42,418 nucleotides of DNA, from the NCBI GenBank assembly GCA_964609315.1, contig CAZSRG010000004.1:1-42418 (forward strand). The letters run 5' to 3'. The notes under the pieces were generated by a model. It saw only the letters and a program-made list of their open reading frames with translations, did no database searches and was not told where the DNA came from. Source of the DNA: an uncultured Planctomycetia bacterium (GTDB lineage: Bacteria > Omnitrophota > Gorgyraeia > Duberdicusellales > Duberdicusellaceae). The position numbers and the translations under genes were made by a program. Below, one piece after another: positions 37,229 to 42,418 of the stretch; position 1 is the first letter of the stretch, and each line of letters begins with the position of its first letter.

Positions 37229-37951
37229 TTACATCTTAAAATTTTCGCCTAAATATATCTTCCTCGCATCGGGGTCATTTATCAAAGCCCATGAACTGCC
37301 TGAAATTAAAATTTTACCTTCGGCAATAAGATAAGCCCTGTCGGTAATGGAAAGCATCTCCCTGACATTATGGTCGGTAAGCAAAACACCTATACCTTTT
37401 GCCTTCAGCCCTTTTATAATTTCCTGGGCTTCATTTACCACAATAGGGTCTATTCCCGAAAAAGGCTCATCTAAAAGGATAAAAGAAGGGTTTTTAACCA
37501 AAGCACGGGTTATTTCCAGCCTCCTTTTTTCCCCTCCGGAAAGAGTATAAACCTTATTCTTGCGCAGCCGGCTGATATTAAGCTCTCCAAGCAGATGTTC
37601 TAACCGTTTATGCCTCTGTTTCCAGCTGACCGGGATAGTTTCCAATATCGCCATTATATTTTCTTCTACTGTAAGGGAATTAAATACCGAAGGTTCCTGA
37701 GGAAGATACCCTATTCCAAAACGCGCGCGGACATGTATAGGCAGTTTGGCTATATCCTGATTATCAAAAAGGATCTCCCCTTCATCAGGAGGGACAACCC
37801 CTACAATCATATAGAAAGTAGTAGTTTTACCTGCTCCGTTAGGGCCTAATAACCCAACAATCTCTCCTCTTTTGACATAAAGGTTGACTTTGTCAACCAC
37901 TCTTCTACGGCGGTATTCTTTAACTAAACCTTTAACTTCCAACAGGCGCAT
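37229..37951 (-). CDS. lptB: LPS export ABC transporter ATP-binding protein
   Basis: 240 aa with Walker [10 protein letters not shown], signature LSGGEKRR and Walker B ILLDEP. Confidence 0.9.
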   Translation of the reverse strand: MRLLEVKGLVKEYRRRRVVDKVNLYVKRGEIVGLLGPNGAGKTTTFYMIVGVVPPDEGEILFDNQDIAKLPIHVRARFGIGYLPQEPSVFNSLTVEENIMAILETIPVSWKQRHKRLEHLLGELNISRLRKNKVYTLSGGEKRRLEITRALVKNPSFILLDEPFSGIDPIVVNEAQEIIKGLKAKGIGVLLTDHNVREMLSITDRAYLIAEGKILISGSSWALINDPDARKIYLGENFKM

Positions 37952-38246
37952 AAAACTTCACTCCATCTTACACTCCGTAAATGTCGTGGATTATCTTTAC
38001 GAAGTATAATACCGAGTTATTCTTTTGCTCCCCCACTAATAACTCGCCATTAATCACTAACTACTAAATTCTCTAAACAAAGTCTGAAAGCAAATTCTAA
38101 ATTCTAAACTCTAAACAATTTCAAATATCAAATGTTCTAAATTCTAAACTCTTCAACTATAGGCTGATCCGCCTCAGGCGGAAAATTCTAATACTGTTCT
38201 AAACATTGTTTTGAATTTTGTATTTTGAACATTTGAGATTGTTTAG

Positions 38247-38276
38247 CCTGCCTGCGCCAAGGTTTCGGCAGGCAGG
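38247..38276. repeat. 30-bp GC-rich hairpin module cleanly inserted into the family-1 right arm
   Basis: cctgcctgcgccaaggtttcggcaggcagg is present here and absent at the matching junction gattgtttag|tatttag (37081-37083). Confidence 0.9.
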
Positions 38277-38340
38277 TATTTAGGATTTAGTGCTTAGGAT
38301 TTATTTATTATTTGGCCATCTGACTTCTGCTCTCTGCCTG

Positions 38341-38366
38341 CCCTCCGAAGCTTTAGCGTAGGAGGG
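38341..38366. repeat. GC-rich hairpin module (ccctcc-gaagctttagcgta-ggaggg)
   Basis: Inverted homologue of 6568-6593 with two compensatory base-pair changes in the stem. Confidence 0.8.
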
Positions 38367-38399
38367 TCTCCTGTCAATGTGTAGGCCTGACATTCCGGA

Positions 38400-39131
38400 T
38401 TACTTAAACATACCCTGCCCTTCGCCTGAGAATATAACCAAGCGGGGACTACCCTCAAGGCGTATTTTCTTATCGGACATTTCATAAATGGCTTTCTTGG
38501 AAAAAGAAGTATCCTTACCGCGGACAATACGGACACTGCCTTCAGCAACCACTTTATCTAAAACCTGCTTTTTCATATCAAAATACACAGTGGCTTTATC
38601 CGAAAAGAGCTCAGCATCTTTCTGGCTGACTTTAACATCATTATAAAAAACAGCTTTGCCTCCCTGATAATCTATATCAAGCGGGCCTTTACAGGTAATC
38701 ATAATGAAATCTCCCCCGGACTGAGGAACTTTAACCGTAACTTCTTTCCTGACTTCAGCTGTTTTCAAAGAAGTCTGGGCGTTTAAACCCTTACCGGTAA
38801 TCTCCATAGCCCCCTGTTTAGTTATTTTTACCGGCAGGTCGGTTGTAATATCACCGCTCTTCTGGTTCCAGTTAAGGCGGTCAGTCTTTAAATTCAATCC
38901 TTTATCGGTACTTATATTCACATCATCCCGCATCTCTAAAGTGCCGTCGGATTTATTAAAGACAGCCTTCTTTGCCTGAAAATTAATCTTGCTGTCATTA
39001 GTAGAAGTAATCCCGTTAATATCTTCCTGGACCACAACATCTTTCAAAGAACTGTCTTCTTTATCTCCGCAAAAACAGCTTTCGGGAATTACAGCAAGAA
39101 TAAAAAGGCTTATGGATAATACCCTCAGCAT
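38400..39131 (-). CDS. lptA: OstA/LptA-family periplasmic LPS transport protein (N-terminal half LptC-like)
   Basis: 243 aa with a signal/anchor segment and beta-jellyroll-like repeats. Lies between kdsC and lptB, where lptC-lptA normally lie. Confidence 0.6.
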   Translation of the reverse strand: MLRVLSISLFILAVIPESCFCGDKEDSSLKDVVVQEDINGITSTNDSKINFQAKKAVFNKSDGTLEMRDDVNISTDKGLNLKTDRLNWNQKSGDITTDLPVKITKQGAMEITGKGLNAQTSLKTAEVRKEVTVKVPQSGGDFIMITCKGPLDIDYQGGKAVFYNDVKVSQKDAELFSDKATVYFDMKKQVLDKVVAEGSVRIVRGKDTSFSKKAIYEMSDKKIRLEGSPRLVIFSGEGQGMFK

Positions 39132-39248
39132 ATAGCAATTGGCTGTAATCTGTATTTAATTTTTACCATAGTTTCTAATGATAAGAATATGGAAACTATG
39201 TATAATAACGCAGGGATAATTTATGTCAAGCAAAAGAGGCAGGCAGTC

Positions 39249-39752
39249 TTACCAATCCCAGGCTCCTTTGGCTTTCATAATTATTTCCGCTACTTCCCTG
39301 ACAGCTCCTTTACCGCCTTTATGCTCAGTAACCAAATCGGCTTTCTCTTTAAGTTCCCGGCAGGCATCGCTGACAGCTATTGAAAACCCGGCTTTCTCCG
39401 AAGCTTTTATATCTATCAAATCATCGCCCAAAAAGCATACTTCATCTTTGGAGACCTTATATTTATCAATTATCTTATCTAAAACATCCTCTTTAGGCGT
39501 GCCGGAGAAAACCTCCTTAATCCGCATATCTTTTATTCTCCTGTTCAGTGCCTTCGTTCCTCTCGCGGTCAAGACAACCGTATCAACCCCTTTCTGAGAC
39601 AGGAGAAAAACTCCTAATCCGTCTTTAACATTAAAAACCCTGAGATCTCTCCCCTTGCTGTCGTAAATAATACTTCCTTCTGTAAGCACGCCGTCGGAAT
39701 CTAAAACAAGAAGTTTAATCTTTTTAGCTTTATGGACAATATCTTCTTTCAT
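39249..39752 (-). CDS. kdsC: 3-deoxy-D-manno-octulosonate 8-phosphate phosphatase
   Basis: 167 aa, HAD motif I LDSDGVLT, with a GDDLID motif. Confidence 0.8.
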   Translation of the reverse strand: MKEDIVHKAKKIKLLVLDSDGVLTEGSIIYDSKGRDLRVFNVKDGLGVFLLSQKGVDTVVLTARGTKALNRRIKDMRIKEVFSGTPKEDVLDKIIDKYKVSKDEVCFLGDDLIDIKASEKAGFSIAVSDACRELKEKADLVTEHKGGKGAVREVAEIIMKAKGAWDW

Positions 39753-39755
39753 TAT

Positions 39756-40748
39756 CTATAAAACAACGCCTGCTTTAAGCAAATCCTGGACATCTAAAAG
39801 GCCGGCTGCCTGCCCCTGTTTATCTACCACCGGAGCTTCATCTATCTTTTTCTCTTCTAAAATACGCATAGCTTCCGCGGCAAGCATATCTTTTAAAAAA
39901 ACAACCGGATTCTTAGTCATAACCCTGTTGACTTTCCTCTTAGATAAAAGAGGGTCTTTCCCTAAGTTCCGGCGGAGATCCCCGTCAGTGAAAATACCTA
40001 TGACTTTACCTCTATCATCAACAATAATCGCGGCCCCCGCCCTGGCCTGAGTAATAGCTATAAGCGCTTGAGAAACTCTTGCCGAACCGTTTATCACCGG
40101 ATTTGCTTTTCCCTTGCGCATACAATCTCCCACTTTAAGCAAGAGTTTTCTTCCTAAACTGCCTTTGGGGTGATACCGGGCAAAATCTTTCGCCTTAAAC
40201 CTCTTCATTTTCTGCAGAACCATAGCCAAAGCGTCGCAGAGGCTTAACATAACAGTAGTAGAAGTAGTAGGCGCTAAACCTAAAGGGCAGGCTTCCCGGC
40301 TGACTTTCACGTCCAAAGACACATCTGAATACCTGGCAAGGAAAGAATTCTTATTGCCGGTAAGAGATATAATCTTAGCTCCTATCCTCTTTAAAAAGGG
40401 AAGGAGGACCTTAACTTCTTCTGTTTCTCCGCTGTAAGAAAGGACAACCGTTAAATCTTCTTTCAAAACCCTGCCTAAATCGCCGTGGACGGCTTCTGCC
40501 GGATGAAGCCAGATAGACGGCGTTCCGGTTGAAGACAGAGTAGCCGATAACTTCTGGGCGATTATTCCGGCTTTGCCCATACCGGTAGCTACAACTTTGC
40601 CTCTGCATTTTAACAAAAGGCTTACAGCCGAAACAAAATTTTCTCCCAGCCTTCCGGCAAGGATTTTGACTTCCTCAGATTCTAAAACAAGAATTTCTTT
40701 TGCCGCCTTCAATATCTCTAAGGATTTACTTCCGGCAGGGTTACGCAT
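39756..40748 (-). CDS. kdsD: arabinose-5-phosphate isomerase (SIS plus CBS pair)
   Basis: 330 aa with the SIS motif GMGKAG and C-terminal tandem CBS-like segments. Confidence 0.85.
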   Translation of the reverse strand: MRNPAGSKSLEILKAAKEILVLESEEVKILAGRLGENFVSAVSLLLKCRGKVVATGMGKAGIIAQKLSATLSSTGTPSIWLHPAEAVHGDLGRVLKEDLTVVLSYSGETEEVKVLLPFLKRIGAKIISLTGNKNSFLARYSDVSLDVKVSREACPLGLAPTTSTTVMLSLCDALAMVLQKMKRFKAKDFARYHPKGSLGRKLLLKVGDCMRKGKANPVINGSARVSQALIAITQARAGAAIIVDDRGKVIGIFTDGDLRRNLGKDPLLSKRKVNRVMTKNPVVFLKDMLAAEAMRILEEKKIDEAPVVDKQGQAAGLLDVQDLLKAGVVL

Positions 40749-41541
40749 TTAAGACTCCCATTATTTTAAATACTTGATTAAGGATTGTTTCTACTTCCTT
40801 AAAATTTATGCTGGTAGAACTGTCCGATAAGGCTTTTTCAGGATCAGGATGGACCTCGCAGAAAATCCCGTCAACGCCGAAAGCCGCGGCTGCCTTAGAC
40901 AGAGGCAGGGCATACTCTCTCTCTCCCGAAGCCCCGGACTTGCCCGCTGTTGGAAGCTGTAAAGAATGAGTTACATCAAATATCACCGGATAGCCTAACT
41001 TTCTTAACTTCCCGAAAGACTTGAAATCAACCACCAAGTTATGATAGCCGAAACACACACCCCGTTCAGTAAGGAGAATTTTCCGGTTACGGCAGGATTC
41101 TATCTTCTGAACAGCATATTTCATATCTTCAGGGGCCAAGAACTGCCCTTTCTTAATATTAACCGCCTTACCGGTTTTCGCCGCCTCTAAAAGCAAATCA
41201 GTCTGCCGGCAGAGAAAAGCGGGTATCTGGATAACATCCAGGACCTCAGCGGCAGGTTTAACCTGCGAAACACAATGGACATCGCTTAAAATTTTGACCT
41301 TGAACCTGTCCCTTACCTTTTTTAAGACTCTGAGCCCTTTTTTTAGGCCAGGGCCCCTGAAAGACTTTAAAGAAGTCCGGTTCGCCTTATCAAAACTGGC
41401 TTTGAAGATAAAATCTACGGGATAAACAGAGGTGATTTTTTTGAGTTTCTCCGCTATATCAAGAGTGAGTTTTTCATTCTCAATAACACACGGCCCGGCA
41501 ATAAAGATAAATCTTTTAGATTTAAGTTTTTTTGTTTTCAT
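40741..41541 (-). CDS. kdsA: 3-deoxy-8-phosphooctulonate (Kdo8P) synthase
   Basis: Has KASFDKANRTS and other DAHP/Kdo8P-synthase motifs. I place the start at the ATG at 41539-41541, with GGGAGA upstream. The track ORF is over-extended. Confidence 0.9.
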   Translation of the reverse strand: MKTKKLKSKRFIFIAGPCVIENEKLTLDIAEKLKKITSVYPVDFIFKASFDKANRTSLKSFRGPGLKKGLRVLKKVRDRFKVKILSDVHCVSQVKPAAEVLDVIQIPAFLCRQTDLLLEAAKTGKAVNIKKGQFLAPEDMKYAVQKIESCRNRKILLTERGVCFGYHNLVVDFKSFGKLRKLGYPVIFDVTHSLQLPTAGKSGASGEREYALPLSKAAAAFGVDGIFCEVHPDPEKALSDSSTSINFKEVETILNQVFKIMGVLNA

Positions 41542-41606
41542 TATTTCTCCCAACCGCGTCTGATATCGGATTGCTCTTTGAAAAACTCTCAAAAAATAAG
41601 TTTTTT

Positions 41607-41884
41607 GTTAACCCAAATAACGCGGTTAGCATTATTTGCCCGCCTGTGCCCGCAAGGGTACCTGTGCCCGCAAGGATACAAGGGTAAAAGGCCGGGATTA
41701 CCTAAGGGGAAAATGCTGTGTACTCTTTAATACAACCTCTGTTTAATACAACTATTTAGGCTGCCAGGCGTTATGAGCCCTGTTAGAAAAAGTGTATCTT
41801 TTTTCTCTAACCCCTAACAGGGTGAGCATCTTGCGTTTTCAAACGCGAAACCTGCCCTTAGGATACAGCATTTTCCCGGTTAAC
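41607..41884 (-). repeat. element X2: 278-nt copy of X, minus-strand sense, between the VR-like gene region and kdsA
   Basis: GTTAAC at 41607-41612 and 41879-41884. The 13-bp stem pairs 41707-41719 with 41865-41877. Terminal hairpin at 41614-41638. Has the conserved block ttgtattaaa-agtacacagcattttcccc-taggtaa. Confidence 0.8.
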
Positions 41885-42048
41885 TCTTCTATCTTTGCCA
41901 TAGCATCTAAAACATCTTTTAGATATAGACTGAGAATAATAGTATCAGAAACAGTTATGTTTTTCAAGAGTTTTTGCTGAGGGGTAACACGGGCAAGAAT
42001 TTGTAAGTTCTCCTGAACCGAATCAGTAAAACGGAGCCAGGCCTGCAC
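41839..42048 (-). CDS. doubtful small ORF (69 aa, GTG start) whose last 15 codons lie inside element X2
   Basis: No convincing SD. The C-terminal KIEELTGKML and central DSVQENLQILA loosely recall helices of Avd / 23S-IVS four-helix-bundle proteins. It may be a remnant or non-coding. Confidence 0.2.
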   Translation of the reverse strand: MQAWLRFTDSVQENLQILARVTPQQKLLKNITVSDTIILSLYLKDVLDAMAKIEELTGKMLYPKGRFRV

Positions 42049-42199
42049 ATTTTACATTTCAACTTAAATCAGAAAACAGACGCGGATTTTTCCAGAATCA
42101 AACCCCCATACAATAGTTATTCGGCAATGCCAATCTCTATTCCCCTCTCTCCGGTATATATTTTTCAAAGAGTAAAAGGGTAAAAGTACAAAGTGTTAC

Positions 42200-42418
42200 T
42201 TAGAAGCCCTGCCGACAAACGCGCCCGCCATAGCCGCTGCCACGACTGGTGAAAGTGTGAGCGGCATTGCCGCGGTCAGATACCCGCGTGTAGTGGGTGA
42301 AGCTACCCCAACTACCGCCCCGAAACCCGGAGCCTGTCGCTCCGGTAACCTCTCCTGAACTGGACCCCGGCCAGTCAGATATATCAGCATTACCGTTTGA
42401 AGACAGTTCTCCATTCCC
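42200..42418 (-). CDS. 3' end of a CDS truncated by the window edge; C-terminus resembles a DGR variable region in a C-type-lectin/FGE-like fold
   Basis: Frame with first codon at 42418-42416 reads ...SGFRGGSWGSFTHYTRVSDRGNAAHTFTSRGSGYGGRVCRQGF with stop at 42202-42200. 27 of the 31 codons after the W are NNY. The segment is locally GC-rich. The ORF track does not list it because the window contains no start codon for it. Confidence 0.55.
   Translation of the reverse strand, partial: GNGELSSNGNADISDWPGSSSGEVTGATGSGFRGGSWGSFTHYTRVSDRGNAAHTFTSRGSGYGGRVCRQGF

Larger units (their letters stand above)
38066..38399. repeat. family-1 element, subtype A, with three extra inserted modules
   Basis: Collinear with 36941-37188 except for inserts at about 38150-38185 (contains ccgcc-tca-ggcgg), at 38247-38276 and at 38336-38370. 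Confidence 0.9.

Noticed and set aside
38294-38548. Minus-strand 84-aa ORF overlapping the lptA 3' end and the repeat region. The same applies to same-strand internal ORFs 5070..5264, 22333..22521 and 40411..40608.
   Set aside because: These are alternative frames inside or overlapping strongly supported genes or repeats, and they have no independent support.
39167-39206. Hairpin catagtttc...gaaactatg between kdsC and the lptA-like gene as a terminator or regulatory element.
   Set aside because: The 9-bp stem has a 16-nt loop and no U-tract, and it is a single occurrence. It cannot be distinguished from chance in AT-rich DNA.
41707-41877. The loop enclosed by the X2 stem as the template repeat for the VR at 42203-42322.
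   Set aside because: A TR must match the VR at all non-adenine positions. No such similarity exists between this segment, or any other part of the window, and the VR.
42196-42414. Track ORF of 72 aa (MENCLQTVML...GRASK).
   Set aside because: It is a different frame of the same minus-strand DNA as the RGGSW/NNY-codon reading frame. That frame is open to the window edge and has a recognisable C-terminal motif. The listed frame has no recognisable features.

Overview
AT-rich 42.4-kb bacterial chromosomal segment. Every credible gene (about 39) is on the minus strand. The coding content is mostly housekeeping: glgA, polA, rnhB, rplS, trmD, tgt, ruvB, scpA, trpS, infB, nusA, rimP, proS, ispG, rseP, dxr, cdsA, uppS, purA, serA, a class-V aminotransferase, clpP, tig, lptB, an lptA-like gene, kdsC, kdsD and kdsA. 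Kdo/Lpt genes, an OmpA-like lipoprotein and the MEP pathway indicate a diderm organism. By gene content and composition it is probably an uncultivated lineage, but that is inference only. I saw no rRNA, tRNA, CRISPR array, transposase or integrase. The unusual material falls into five groups. (1) At the right edge, an unlisted reading frame ends in a sequence that looks like a diversity-generating retroelement (DGR) variable region: RGGSW followed by a long run of NNY codons, in a GC-rich island. No reverse transcriptase or template repeat lies in the window. (2) A structured element X of about 210-280 nt is present twice in inverted orientation. One copy lies just downstream of the VR-like gene. 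The other is inserted inside another repeat. (3) A two-hairpin unit Y of about 130 nt occurs four times around clpP, three of them in tandem. Its hairpins differ in sequence but keep the same structure. (4) A modular family of heptad-periodic, palindromic elements fills nearly every intergenic gap over 150 nt, and different GC-rich hairpins are inserted at one recurrent site. (5) Several gene-level oddities: two CpaF/TadA-like ATPases wired into translation operons, a ProRS without the INS editing domain, and a trigger factor without the PPIase domain. All plus-strand ORFs in the track look like antisense artefacts.
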